A stretch of 55,396 nucleotides of DNA, the filler included, from Sphacelaria rigidula (taxonomy: Eukaryota): NCBI GenBank assembly GCA_964200075.2. It is 6 parts of 6 records of this genome, joined end to end, with 100 filler letters (N's around TTAATTAATTAA, not from the genome) between each part and the next. Parts side by side here need not be neighbours in the genome. Positions count along the whole stretch, not along the records: positions 27,750 to 36,898 come from CAXNAA020009176.1; positions 36,999 to 46,147 come from CAXNAA020009177.1; 4 more parts are not named here. The stretch is one strand, 5' to 3'. A model generated the notes under the pieces. The model saw only the letters and a list, made by a program, of their open reading frames with translations. It did not search any database and was not told the origin of the DNA. Position 1 is the first letter of the stretch. Every line of letters starts with the position of its first letter. The translations under genes were made by a program, and so were the position numbers. Shown here piece by piece: positions 30,701 through 42,951 of the stretch.

Positions 30701-32768
30701 TCCATTCCGTACGCGCGAGCATGGCGCAGCGATCTTAACATGCTGAGCATCTCCCAGCTCATGGTGCGGTTGTGGGTGGCGGAGGAGGCCAGGTTAGGAG
30801 TTTCTCGACCTAACGGCGTTTTACAGAACTTGTGGCGCCCGCTACAGTCGCACAGGCGTGGGATCGATCGTCTGAAGCAAAATAACTCAGAGACTGGTGC
30901 ATCGCAGTCTTCGAGATCAGCACCCTCATGTTCGGATCAGTACCACAACGCCACGAACGCCACAAGCAGTAATGGTAATGATAGCACAACGGATGCCCAG
31001 TGCTCTGCTATCGAAGATGCTGCTCTCGTCTCCCCCTCTGATTCTACAGTTGAACGTACAGGAACCCCTTCGGAAAATACCTTGCTTACGGTGGGCCCAG
31101 AGGGGAGAGACAACAGTGATCCAACAGATTCAAGGTCCACCAGAGGGAGGTTGGACACCGGTAGCAGCGCCTGTGCAAACAACGCGATCCTCTTGGCTTT
31201 GCAAGCTGGCAGACGCGATGCGGGGAAGTGTGGAGGCAGAGGGCGGTATAGGGACGAACGAAGGGCATCTAAGGTAGACGGTGCCGTGTCGGTGACGAAG
31301 GCAGTAGAACAGTTAGATTTGCGAGGAAAGATTGCCGCAGTGCTGGGGATGGTAGGATTTGACGTCGGCGCATCCGAGGGGCTAGGACCGAGCGACCTCA
31401 AGGCGTCGTATATGGCCATGAGCTACTTGGATTTTCGGATTGGAGAGGTTTGGCAGGAGGTGAGGTGATGTGTTGTACGCAGAGTATAGTTGTTCGGCTA
31501 CCCTTGGATATATTCGTGTAGCGAGTTCACCGACTGGAGTGGTGGCGATGCTGAAGATGAAGTTAATTTCGGTTGTGTATTGCGATCCAGATCCGACTTT
31601 TGCGGATGCCTCACCAAAAGGCTGGGATTTCTCTTGTCGGGTTCATGTCTCTCCTCAATGACTTCGACGTTTGAGAATATCGTCGTTTTATCTACATTCC
31701 CAGGTAGCTGCAGAACTTGAAGCGCAGCACGTGAATCCTATAGCGGCGGACGGGTTGGTGTTGGACACGATGTTGGAGCGAGCTTTCGACCGTGCACATG
31801 AGGTGAAGAGCAAGCAAACGGCGTTGAGTGCGGAGCAAGGCCTGCGAGACAGCGAAACAGAGGAAATGTTCTTCGCCAGTATAATATTCCAGCGCGACCA
31901 GGTAGGAGACTGAAACACTAGCTAGTGTCAATAGTGTGCACATCAAACGGGCAAATTTCTTGTGTGAACTCGCCCATGGCTTTCGGTTGATCATGTCATT
32001 GTCCAATCCGCTGGGAAGCGGTGTTCGTGAACCCGTGTACCAACAGCAACAAAATGTCACTGTTGATAATTATGCAAATGAACACGCTCCAGTAACTGAG
32101 CGTTTGCATGATCAGAAGTACTAATAATTCTGCAAGCCAAGTGCTGCCTGTCCGGTTCCACAGGGTATGTTGCTCGTCACCACCTCAGGATGAATTCCGC
32201 CCTGTTGTGCATGGTGTCATGCATGCAATCTAAATTCTCAGGTCCTTCTTTCAGTCGCATCCGTAGAACATCGCGTACGATATATATGCACAAGCTGACA
32301 TAAAGAGTCGCACAGGTAAACGCACAAGACGTAAATACACTGCCGATAGGATTATGAAGATACTCGGAAGTCGAGATGCAATAATACTGGACAAGTGAAG
32401 CGTTCGCTTTTTGCTATATAGTTTGGTAATACAGCTTTTTACTTTGTGCGCAGCGACGTCAGATTCAGCGTCTGGCAATGTGCGTGTGGCATGTCGGTTG
32501 GCCGGATGGGTTTGCCGTACATATTTTCGTCCATGATATATACTCATCGCTGATGTATGCGGCTTCACATATATTTCTGGGGCAGGAAATCCGACAAGCG
32601 ATAATTAAACGAAATGCATTGATGCCGGGAAAGGCGAAGCAACGTCTGGCAGCGAAAAAGGCCAAGGAACGTACACTCAAAAGGAGCGGCGACGCGCCAC
32701 CTTCAGAAGGGGGCAGTGAGACGGTGGGAATGGACACAGGGTTCGAATTGTCGGAAGAGGAAGGCTGA
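27750..32768 (+). CDS. CFAP69: Cilia- and flagella-associated protein 69 (ARM-repeat), 5'-partial
   Basis: Exons 27750 (contig edge)-30131, 30662-31459, 31704-31901 and 32586-32768 (TGA), all phase-0 GT-AG. Blocks recalled from CFAP69/C7orf63 occur in order: VEVLWNCLE, KELRNEAVIV, DLELKLLLW, QLLQGQAMASLLVLAP, VDCIWCAVVG..SEARFLQCEGLDTLLDLLE, LMVRLWVAEEARLGVSR, LRGKIAAVL, YLDFRIGEVWQEV..ELE...VNPI..D. Confidence 0.9.
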
Positions 32769-33022
32769 GTAAGGTTGTTGCAGATGGGGAGCAGATATGG
32801 ACCTGGAAAAACTTGCGAGAGAAGATTACCGAGTCTCAATTACCGTAGGCTTGAGGAGGTGGAATATTGGGCATCATGCTGTGATTTTGGAATGTTGAAT
32901 ACATTGTTGTTGCTCAGCTAAAGCACATGTATTTTTGCACGGTATCTCTCCAATAGGGCACCTTTGCAGCGGTAAAATACTCCGACTCCACCCTAGTTGG
33001 GCTACGATGTACTAAGAAATCA

Positions 33023-33423
33023 TTTCGAAATTGAGGTCGAACATTAAAACGAGGTTCAACTCCAAAACAGTGCGTTCCCTGACCTAAAGTTATGACATAT
33101 GATTTTCATATGGACGACCTCATGCCCCCCCGATCTCCCTGAAACTATTTTTGGGCGTTTCCCGTCTTCCGTTCCCTCAAAGGGTATATCTGGGCGAAAG
33201 CACCTTTTTGCCTCGATTTCGGGGTGAAAAAAGGGAAACTTTTTAGCCCGAAAATGGTGCTTTCAGACAATACCTTCGGGGGAATGGAAGACGGGAATCC
33301 CCAAGAATAGTCTCAGGGAGGCATGTGGTCGTCCACGTGAAAGGCATTCGTCAAATCTTCAAGTCAGAGAAAGTAATGTTTTGGAGTCGAACCTCATTTT
33401 AATGTTCAACCTCATTTCCGAAA
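33023..33423. mobile_element. Foldback-type MITE (~400-bp near-palindrome)
   Basis: The left arm TTTCGAAATTGAGGTCGAACATTAAAACGAGGTTCAACTCCAAAACA pairs with the right arm TGTTTTGGAGTCGAACCTCATTTTAATGTTCAACCTCATTTCCGAAA. Pairing continues inward (GGACGACC/GGTCGTCC, TTCCCGTCTTCC/GGAAGACGGGAA, GAAAGCACC/GGTGCTTTC). Confidence 0.8.
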
Positions 33424-34264
33424 AATTATGTTCACATATGTTTGATGTAACTCGGTTTGAATGCGAACACAGATAATGCGATCTTTAGTTGGGTTGACAC
33501 TCTCGTGTTCTCCTATGCACACCCCTTGCCCGAGGGTTCTCGGTATACCTCGGGTTGGGCTTAGGGTTACGGTGAGCGTTAGGGTTGAAATGTATTCTAC
33601 CATGAGTAGATAGTAGCCCAATTGGGGTAAACCCTCCTTAACTATTTCGCAAACCCCATCCTTGCCCGAAAAAGATCCTCGCGCATCATACACAACAGCA
33701 CGGACCCGTTGGTGGAAACTTTTACCATTTTCGGCCGAGGCTCCAAATGTTTTCGTAGGGGTTGTCATGAGTACAATTTCCTACATGATGACCATTTCTT
33801 GTTGCCACCAGCGTTGAATGATTGATTGATTGATTCATTGTTGTACCTAAACTGCCCCCGAGCAATGCGACGGTAGGAGTACACTTTTTTCGCGAAATAT
33901 TGTCTTGTCCAGGGGCTCCTAAAGATTCTAGATGTACAAGAATATGGGTCAGGACATCTCCGTTTGCAAATTCATTCGGGATATCCCTAGCACATTGAAG
34001 TAGTAATCCTAGCGTACTTTTTGATACTTTCATAAGTGGTGTTTTGCATGAGGTCAAGGGCTCTTAACAGTTCCAACGTCAGAAAATATTTGTGCACCCC
34101 CACCGTAGCATCACTCCCCCCGAGGGATCCAGCCGTGGTTACATGATACACGTTCCCGCAATAAAACAAGACATGAACACTAGCTGAAGAAAAATTAAGG
34201 AAACAGAACAACAGTAGGACAGTGTGTGTTATCGTCTCATCTTTTCTGGATGCTGGTCTACATC

Positions 34265-34575
34265 TTTCGGTATATGTGGGCGCACCAGCCGGGGTCACAC
34301 AGGAGGAAGTCCAACACATGAGTTTTTTCCTCTTTCTTTATTGTTTATTTTAGTTCTCCATCTTCCTTCTGCGGTACTTGGCTTTTATTTTTTTTTATCG
34401 CAAGAGGGATTCAGCAGTCCCTTCACCTCGTCGACCGTTTAGTCGATTTTTTTGTACCCACGACATGGTCGCTCTCCACTGTTGTTGAGCATTTTGTCAG
34501 AAAAAAACACAGATCGCTCCGATATTCGAACCCATCATCCAACCATCAAAATGTTTCGAGGTTACCAACTGAGCC
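34265..34575 (-). mobile_element. tRNA-derived SINE, copy 1
   Basis: The minus strand starts GGCTCAGTTGGTAACCTCGAAAC (A box) and has GGGTTCGAAT (B box). Body and tail (CTTCCTCCTGTGTGA, CCCACATATACCGAAA) are shared with the copies at 35839-36096 and 36137-36606 and a fragment at ~38510-38562. Confidence 0.75.
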
Positions 34576-35334
34576 GCAGAGTACATCACGAAAAGTTAAA
34601 TGAGCAGGCTAGAAATAAATGCTTGGCCTCTTCATCGCGGCTTCGGCGGAAAAGGTCTTCCGCCAAAAGTGCAATAATACCCAATCGTAAAGTACAAAGG
34701 TCGTGGCAACACAAGATTTCGGCTCATCTATTCCGAGCTCTCCATTTTGGGTGTGGAGCTCTCACATATGAACCGCACCTGCATACACCGAGGGGAAAGA
34801 GAGGGAGATGAGGGAAGAAAGAGAGAACGGCGACGGAGACGACAGAAGTGCAGAAGTGATGCATCCGGGAGGACACAGCCAGTACAGTTTAGAGGAAGTA
34901 CACACACTAGTGAGCACCACAAAACAATCGATCAAGGACAAAATCAAATGCCAATAGGAAATAACAGGGAGGGGTACATCAGTTTCCATGTTGAGTGAAA
35001 ATTTCTCGCATTCATCCTCAGTCGGGTAGAAAGCGGACCGTTCTCTCGGTAGTTCCCATCTTGGATTCCTCGCGAGCTGTTGCTGTTGCTGTGCTGACGA
35101 GCTGACGAGGGCAGTTTTCCGATTGGCAGCTCTCGACGCGGCAATCTCTCGTGTACGTCGGTGATCCGACTCTGTTTCTTCTTAGCGTCGCAACGTGTCC
35201 TCGCACCCTTCCGCTCCTTCCTCGACTCCAAGATGCCATGCGCCCATGTTTTTCGCCGCAGTGACCCAATCGTGTGCGTCGTTAACCTCTACACCGTAGA
35301 AGAGCTATTTCCGTCGCTCCTTTGCGGGGAAGCG

Positions 35335-35735
35335 CCCCCGTATGCATTCGAACAGCAGAGCTTCCACCACCTCGGCTTTAAGCAGCGAGACTTTCAGGGA
35401 TAGCTGGGTGACGGGTCGATCGGTTAGTTGAGAACTATTATACTTTCGGAGACGTGCCCACGCCGCGCTAATTCCGCGGTCGATTTCGATGGACATTTTC
35501 GCATCCGCGCTGATGTGCAGGGCGGTCTCCATTTTCTATGGAGCTGGATACTGACCACAGGCGCATGGACTCAGTCTTGCTCTCCGATACCGTCAACCCA
35601 AACCTGGCCGGTCACCACTACCACCTGGGCATCATTCTAGCAAGGCCGTCTGCGGTCTTCGAGACTACGCCGGCGTCATTCGCATAAAGCACCACCCACA
35701 CCGCGCGCTGTACCTTCTCTAGCGGCGTCTTCTGA
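35335..35735 (-). mobile_element. RTE-like LINE reverse-transcriptase fragment (degenerate)
   Basis: Minus-strand translation with frameshifts: VQRAVWVVLYANDAGVVSKTADGLARMM (YADD degenerated to YAND), FGLTVSESKTESM, ISADAKMSIEIDRGISAAWARLRKY...DRP...LKVSLLKAEVVEALLF. Confidence 0.8.
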
Positions 35736-35838
35736 AGGTTCGCATATCGTCGCCTTTTGGCGCATCATCGCTACCAGCGTTTGATACAGCAACAATTTAT
35801 GTCATCTCTGTTTGTCATTTCATCAAACTGTCCCTGCC

Positions 35839-36096
35839 TTTCGGTATATGTGGGCGATTCAGCGGGGATCACACAGGAGGAAGGCGAACGCCGGAGTTTC
35901 TTCTTTCTTATTTTGGTTTAGTACTCTACCTTCCTTCTGCCGTGCTTGCCTATTTTTTATCGCGAGAGGGGTTCAACGCTCCTGTTCAATGTATGGTGTG
36001 TGAGAAAAAATCCCACATCTTGCGACTGCACTGAGATTCGAACCCACGACAAAACCGCCAGAAGGTTTCGAGGTTACCAACTGAGCTGCCGGGGCG
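35839..36096 (-). mobile_element. tRNA-derived SINE, copy 2
   Basis: Minus strand CGCCCCGGCAGCTCAGTTGGTAACCTCGAAACC...GTGGGTTCGAATCTC (A and B boxes), with the same tail as copy 1. Confidence 0.75.
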
Positions 36097-36136
36097 CAAA
36101 CTGAGGCACCATGGGGCCGGTCGTCGGGGCGCCGGT

Positions 36137-36606
36137 CGCCCCGGTGGCTCTGTTGGTAACCTTGAAACCTTTTTTTGACGATTGGGTCGTGGGTTCGAAT
36201 CTCGGTGCAGTCACGTGATCTGGGATTTCTTCTCACAGCAGCCGATCATCCATACTGAGGCAAGATATGAATGGATGGAAACATATCTCGAAGATTTGGT
36301 GTGGATGCGAAGATTTTAATTTTCCGGTTATCATCCTCAATGAAAAGCTCCATCCTTAAAATGGATGATCGGCTGTTTCACACCGTCCCCAACAGTGGAG
36401 AACCACTATCTAGGTCGTGGGTACATAAAATTCGACTTCACGGTCGACGAGGGAAATGGGGCGCTTAACCCCTTTCGCGATAAACAGTAAGACAGGCACG
36501 GTAGAAGGAAGGTGGAGTGCAAAAACGAGCTAAACGAGAAATAAACTCCTGTGCTGACCTTCCTCCTGTGTGATCTCGACTGCATCGCCCACAACATGTA
36601 CCGAAG
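36137..36606 (+). mobile_element. tRNA-derived SINE, copy 3 (interrupted by a MITE)
   Basis: CGCCCCGGTGGCTCTGTTGGTAACCTTGAAACC...GTGGGTTCGAATCTC head. The body resumes after 36377 and ends CCTTCCTCCTGTGTGA...TACCGAAG. Confidence 0.75.
36237..36377. mobile_element. 141-bp MITE with 4-bp TSD nested in SINE copy 3
   Basis: TIRs AGCAGCCGATCATCCAT...ATGGATGATCGGCTGTT. TCAC is duplicated at 36233-36236 and 36378-36381. Confidence 0.75.
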
Positions 36607-36898
36607 TGGTTAGACTGGAGTTCAGACTATAGATGGGATGACAACACACACAGATACACACTGCAAGCTGGGCCGACCGGAAAGCTCACAATGTGTCAGA
36701 TCGCCATATCTCTACTTCCTTTAGGTTGTAGCTCAAACCGGAAACATTGCTGCAATTGGTGAACTCATGCGCTGAAGCTCAAACCCTCCAGATCCCGCAG
36801 AGAGCACGTTCTGCACTTGAAGGATTTCTGATCAATCACAGTCCGCTATGGTGCGGCGTAATTGAGGCGCGAAGCGGTCATTTTCGTTAAATTAAAAA

Positions 36899-36998
36899 NN
36901 NNNNNNNNNNNNNNNNNNNNNNNNNNNNNNNNNNNNNNNNNNTTAATTAATTAANNNNNNNNNNNNNNNNNNNNNNNNNNNNNNNNNNNNNNNNNNNN
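36899..36998. other. Artificial contig linker
   Basis: N-TTAATTAATTAA-N, 100 nt. Confidence 0.98.
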
Positions 36999-37731
36999 GT
37001 GTTACTCTTTCGTATCTTCCCTGCAATAGAGAAATGCGACTTCAGCCCCATTTTAGTGTTGAACCCCAAAATTTAAAATCGGCTGTTCGATGGCGGTTTG
37101 TGTTGCTAAATTGAAGCGGAGGCCGGTGTGTGTAGGCGGAGGTGGGATCGAGGGCGCGGCAGTTTTGGAAGATACAGGATTGCCATTTTTGTTCCGTTTT
37201 CTAGCGCGGGTGGCCCGTTATTCATCGCGCCGACATGCGCGATATGTCAGTGGCATCTCACTGCAGGAAAACTATTTGTGGTGTGTGGACGCGCACATTT
37301 TATATGTGACGACAAGCGTTTTTGGTTAACCCACCAACCACGTCTCCGCCTCTTGGAACGCGCGTTCGCAACGTTTTCTTTTGCGGACCGACCACCCGTG
37401 CATACACGTGGAGCACCGGTGCGGGCATGGAGTGATGTGCGAGGAGTATAAACGGAACACGAAAACGGAATAGAAATTTCGGATCAGAAAACCCGCGCAA
37501 TGCCACTGTTTGCGATTACTACAACCGCTCATTTGAATGAAGAGGTACTATGCATCGTGCGCGGATATTCAACGGAGATTTCGGAAGCTTATCCGACCGT
37601 TGTGATCTGCCATACGAGAAGAGACACCGGACGCCTTCCTGGCGCCGAGTGGCAGACAAGTCCGGAGTGAGCAGCAGTTTTCAAACCACACCCTGCCTGC
37701 AGCGGACAAGTCCACCTCGCGGCACTGCAAC

Positions 37732-40480
37732 ATGAGCGCGTACGTGGCAAGTCGGGTGGTGTTCGCCCAAGGTGAACGTCAACGGCCAGGGAAACCCTCA
37801 CCTGGAGGTGATGATGTCCCCTCTCCTGCAGGTCTGAGCCCATGCCCCCTCCAGACCATCAGCCCAAATAGCCCATCCCCCGACGGCTCGTTCCACAGCA
37901 CCCTACATCGGGGCAGTATAGGTCGACACTCGGGAAGCCGACCCCTTCAGAACGATTCAAAGCGAATGACACGGCCGGCTACTCCCGACGTATCGGACAT
38001 GGCGCAGATGTCATTTCAGAGCTGCAAGACACTGAAGCGTGTTGACGGTTTTGTTGGCCGCGCCGGTGATATCGTCGTACTGCGCGCAGAGCAAGCAGAT
38101 TTTGCAAAACTGAGGTCATGCCGGGCGCGACTTGACTGGGTGCGTCGCCAGGTGCCGCTTGTGAAGGTCGGAAAAAATCGGGGATCCATGCTAGCGGCGA
38201 ACGAGTTGGTTTGTAACTCGTTTTTCGGACTTACTGTCGGAGTGTCGCGCAACACCATCGAGTCCGCGAAGAGGAACCCACGGTCTTCGGTAGTCCTAAA
38301 CAGGCATGTCGTGCCATGACTTACAGTGTTCTGCGGGATCGAGACCAACTACTCAGGCTGTTCCCGTCGCCCGTGCTCGGAGTGTATTTTAATTGATACA
38401 CCGATCACCTGGGATCGTGCGTGTGTGTGTGTGCGTGTGTGTATGTATGTGTGAATGCACGGGTGTTTGTCGTCCCATCTATTCTGGAGGCCTACACGCC
38501 GGTGTACACCTTTCGGTATATTTGGGCGCACCTGCCTGGGGGCGCGCAGGGGGAAGGTCAACTTAGAAGCTTTTTCTTGTTTTTTTTTTGAGTACTGTAC
38601 TCCGCCGTCGTTCTGCGATGCTCACATTTACTTGTTGACCGCAACAGGGGTCATGTTTAAAATGGATAGATTGTTTCCAGTGCTGGTCGATGCTCATTTG
38701 GCCAGCATGCTTTCATGAGTTCAGTTGGGTCGCAGCGCGTACACCGATCCATCATGGTGGCGTGCAGCTCCTCACAAAAGTGCACAGCTTCTGCAGTCAG
38801 CACAAGTTCACGGCGAAGTAATCGAGTCGCGGTGCCACTAATGTATTCCGAACGCCAGCGCAGTGTAAGAAACGTCGCTAGGGTGTGCCGGCAGGCAGCT
38901 GTTGCGGAGCGGACGTTAATATCACAGAATAAGTTGTTACCGAGTAGCACTAGCATCCTTTGAACGCATGGGGTTTGAATTTGAAACCACCACAAGCTAC
39001 TGCACAGGCACTTCACCCGCACTTCGACATCGCCGTGCCAATAACACCCTCTCCTAAAGCCCATACAGACAGACCGTAAGTGCATGACAGCGGCGCAGCC
39101 CACGTTGTACCGAGTTCCGATCGACCGTGTGCGGTGAGGATTCTGAATCCACGTTCCTCCGCACTGTCCAACCGCCCCCCGCCTCGATCCATCGGCGTTT
39201 CTCCGACAACGGGTTTGACATGCAGGGCTGATAGCTCACAGGTACGCAGCCGACACGAGCACGTCGTGGCGTTTCTCGACCACTTCGTCGAACGCTTTGG
39301 ACAATACATGCCCCATAGAGACGCCACGTACCTCTACCTTCGAAGCAAGAAGGTGCGTTGTCCTGGTGTTCAACATCAAGTGCGAAGCAATGCAGGGTGC
39401 GACCTATCGCAGACGTGGTACTAGGCCGAAACATTTTGTCTCAGATCAAGCTATGAACACCCCGGCGTCTACCTTACATAATGTTAGGTTAATATCCATT
39501 GCACCTGCAAGGCTCCCGTTGACTCTTATGCTCGACCGCCACGCTCGATGCTCCGCACGGCTCTCACCCGGGCCAGTTACATTTCAGCTCCTTTCCCGGG
39601 CGAGCCTGCGTAGCAGTACAACAGCGGTTTTTCTCATTTTCGTACTAATGTAGCCTGGTTAGACCTGCAGTCGAGAGGTCTCACCGTTTCACGTCTCAGT
39701 CATCATGAGGACAATGTACATGTGCCCCTGGCTTTTGAATCTTCTCAACCCCACGTTGGTTGGAGAACAGGTATGTGTCACCCGATATTCGTTGACGTCA
39801 TACGATGGACGAAGGGGCGATGCGGGGGTCATCACACGTATGTGTCCATGGCCGAGACCGGGCTTGCGCCCGTTATCCTGGTATATAGCACCAGGATACT
39901 ATCATAAGACGTACAACGGGGGTGTCAACGCCGTCGGTACAACCCTACCTCTACCGATGACAAATCATCCCTTGTCGGGTCTATGGTCGCTACGTTCGGC
40001 AGGAGCTGTATGCCTTTTACAAGGGACAGGAGGCGGGAGGATTAGTTGCGAGCGAAGCGTTCTTTTATCGCGTTTGGCGACAGGCACAACCCAAGCTGCA
40101 GCCCAAGGTCGGTTCGACGTTCATGAAATGCCACGCCTGTACCGTGGACAAAGACACCCTGAACGGCACTCCTGGTGTCAGGGCGACCCAGGATCCCACC
40201 ATCATCGAGGCGGTTAAAGCTAAGCAGAAGGAGCATCTGGAGGTGAGGGAATGATGTCGGCCTCGCATGATCTTGAAGCAATGCCTCGTGTGAAAATGAC
40301 TCCATTTTCGTGCACTGGTACTTGATGCGTGCCGCACGAAAGCATCCTCAACCTTTGCTTTTAGGGTTGCAGCCGAGGTACACTGAGTCCAGGCACATGA
40401 AATGGCGCAAAATTACCCCGGCAAAATTTGGGTGCTTTCTTCCTAGCGGTGGAAACTTTGTTCTCGTTGGAGCAATCAGG
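37732..40480 (+). mobile_element. Intron-containing Sola-like DNA transposase gene: N-terminal exons open, catalytic region decayed
   Basis: Exon-like blocks: 37732-~38290 (..EQADFAKL..RLDWVRRQ..LVCNSFFGLTVGVSRNTI); ~39226/39242-39352 (VVAFLDHFVERFGQYMPHRDATYLYLRSKK|gt); 40003-40242 (ag|ELYAFYK...SEAFFYRVWRQAQPKL..STFMKCHAC...KQKEHLE|gt); and a broken block ~40364-40480 (VAAE..*..EMAQNYPGK / FFLAVE). The motif order VC..FF...GVS, G..MP, F..VW...P, CxxC...H matches my recollection of Sola-type transposases. Confidence 0.65.
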
Positions 40481-42951
40481 TGTCAGTGTTCTGTTGATTC
40501 GGTTATTACAACCGGCCACGATTCGTCACAACCGTCGTTGGGTGTCCGCCGCGATAACCTGGGCTCGTGCGATGTCGTGTTCGCCTATGTGTAATAAAAC
40601 ATTGCGGTCGACACGCGGTGTTTCCACAGACGTCACTGTTGAAAGGGTTCGTGTTACCGCACCCATTACCGCAAAAAATATATCCACCTATATAGGTGGA
40701 TCCTTATTTCCACCGTAACCTTTTATCATGACCGATCCCGCGTTGTTTTATTTAATCAGCTGCCCCTTACGCATGTGTGCAAACAAACTGAAGCCTCCAC
40801 GCGTAGTACCGGGGTGCAGGCAGTAGTACACAGCAGTAACACACACGCAGTAAACAAAGCAAAAGCACAAGACATTTTTTCAATGACATTTGTTGGGAGC
40901 GGGGCCTCCCGTCCAAAAACCAACTAAACAAATGCGTGTGAGCACGCCACGGTGGGCAAAAAATGCGCCTGAAATGTCTGGCCTTCATCAATCTATCGGT
41001 CCTAACTTTGAGAGTCTCTCGATGATAAACATCTGGGCCGAAGTGGCAACCCCCAACCCCCCTTTCACTCTGAACGCCCATTAAAAATGATTGCACATGT
41101 CAAAGGAAACGGTAAGTACGTAGCAGACAAGACGAAATAAATGAGTGTATACAGCAGAGACAAACATAAAGAGGACCGACGGAGTATCGAAGTCCAGCCA
41201 GCACGAGTCAATGTTGAGCACGACGGAAAACACCCACTTCGATCTTTCATCATCCGGTGGTGCCGTGGATGACATTTTGTTTCTCGAGATGATGGGCATA
41301 ACACATTCTGTACGATGTAGACTTTACGGTATAAAAATAGTACAATCAGTGCCAGGGTGTTGCAGCATGTAAGAGTATTCACAATACAGACCGTGGATTT
41401 TACGAACAGTACATTACAAGTACAGGCTATGCTTCGCAAACACGGCACAGCTGTAGTCTGTACTTCTTATCTTGTACTACTTCATGTCCGAGTACAGGCT
41501 GTACTCTGCCAGGTTACAAGCACGGGCTGTACTCGCGAGCACAGTAGGTACGTCATGGTAAGATACTGACCGCATTGGTAGGGGGGTGCCAGTTCGTGGG
41601 CACCGGGGCTAGCAGGCCCAAACACAATCATTAGTATCGAAGCCATTGAGTTCGACGTTACCAAGTGTAAAGTCAGCCACCGCACCAGTGGTCAGGTGGC
41701 ATGCCATGAGTCGCGCTGGCTGCAGCACAACATGTGTTGAATGTAGGTCAGGCTTACATTTGTAAAGACCAGAAAATCCTCTGAGATAGCAGTCCGTGAT
41801 GCCGTAGATGCTCTTGTATTATTGGCGTACAGGCTAACTTGTGCTTTGCTAGTTAAGATGCATGGTCCAAAACGCTGTGACCCAAGGGGGGCGGCCAAGC
41901 CAATCCAATCAAACAATGTAGTATGACCCATCAGGTACCAAGCATGACAAAGTATGACAAATGGAACCCAGTCGACTAGAACATGACCAATAAATCTGTA
42001 ACATCCCCCTAGCCATATTTATATGGCTACACACAAATTTATTGGAGGGGTGGAAGGGCCAGAACAAAAACACAGTCTGTGCATCATACACCTGAAAGTG
42101 AAACGAGAAAAAGCTGTTAAATTACAGTACAGGGGAAAACTCGTTGCAGATCTAAGGAATAGGTAAACCCTGATAAGCAGGGGAAAACTTCATCCGTTAG
42201 GAATGGAAAAAAATCTATAACGCCCTTTCCAACGACAGAAACAGCAGACAAGTAAGGTCGCTGTCGTTTTCCCGGGATCTCAGTTAGACTGGAAAACGAT
42301 CAGCTAGTTAGCGTGATCGCGCGTCCACACCCTGGATCAATTACACTGGATTCTAGGGTAGTGCGAGGCTTAATCCTCGCTAAAAACAACCTTTCCGCGA
42401 ACTGATCAATAGTTACAGGAGTGCAGCTTTTGAGGAGTGCTCTTCTGTAACTACCGACACCTATTCTACTGGAAATAGAGCCCACGCGCCTTGGCTCACA
42501 CATGTGCCCGTATATTACCAAATGGGAAGCAATCGATAACAAAGCGGCACAAGAAAAAGACAAGGAACACTCGAAATTCATGGCTGAAGCGAGCGTTAGC
42601 AGCAATATATAGTTACATATTCCCTTATTTCACTACCGTTTTCCTCTCGCAATGATATCGTACACCACATCACACGACAGCCATCCGTACACGTCCATGG
42701 CTGCAGTCTATCTTTGGCTCCTTCGTTCCAGCTTGGGGCGCTCAACTTACAAGCGAGATGGCTGTTTCCAGTCTCCATCTTCGTATCGTACTCGCCGAAA
42801 AAAATCCCATGATCATACACGTGGTGCTTCAGCTCGGCACTGCTGTAGCCTTTCCAGGAGGTAGCACCTATGGCAGAAGCTTTAATGCATCCCTACGTGG
42901 GGAAGCGAGGTGCTTTGAGTGCGATGGCGGGGTCGAAGAAACTGTGCGGTG

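Noticed and set aside
28340-31419. Several long minus-strand and alternate-frame ORFs (e.g. 29355-30128, 257 aa)
   Set aside because: They are shadows of the GC-rich CFAP69 coding exons.
36030-36210. tRNA genes
   Set aside because: A and B boxes are present, but there is no proper cloverleaf and both heads are attached to a shared repeat body. These are SINE heads.
40682-40701. Perfect 20-bp palindrome ATCCACCTATATAGGTGGAT as a Helitron 3' hairpin
   Set aside because: It is AT-centred, has no downstream CTRR terminus, and no second copy occurs in the window.
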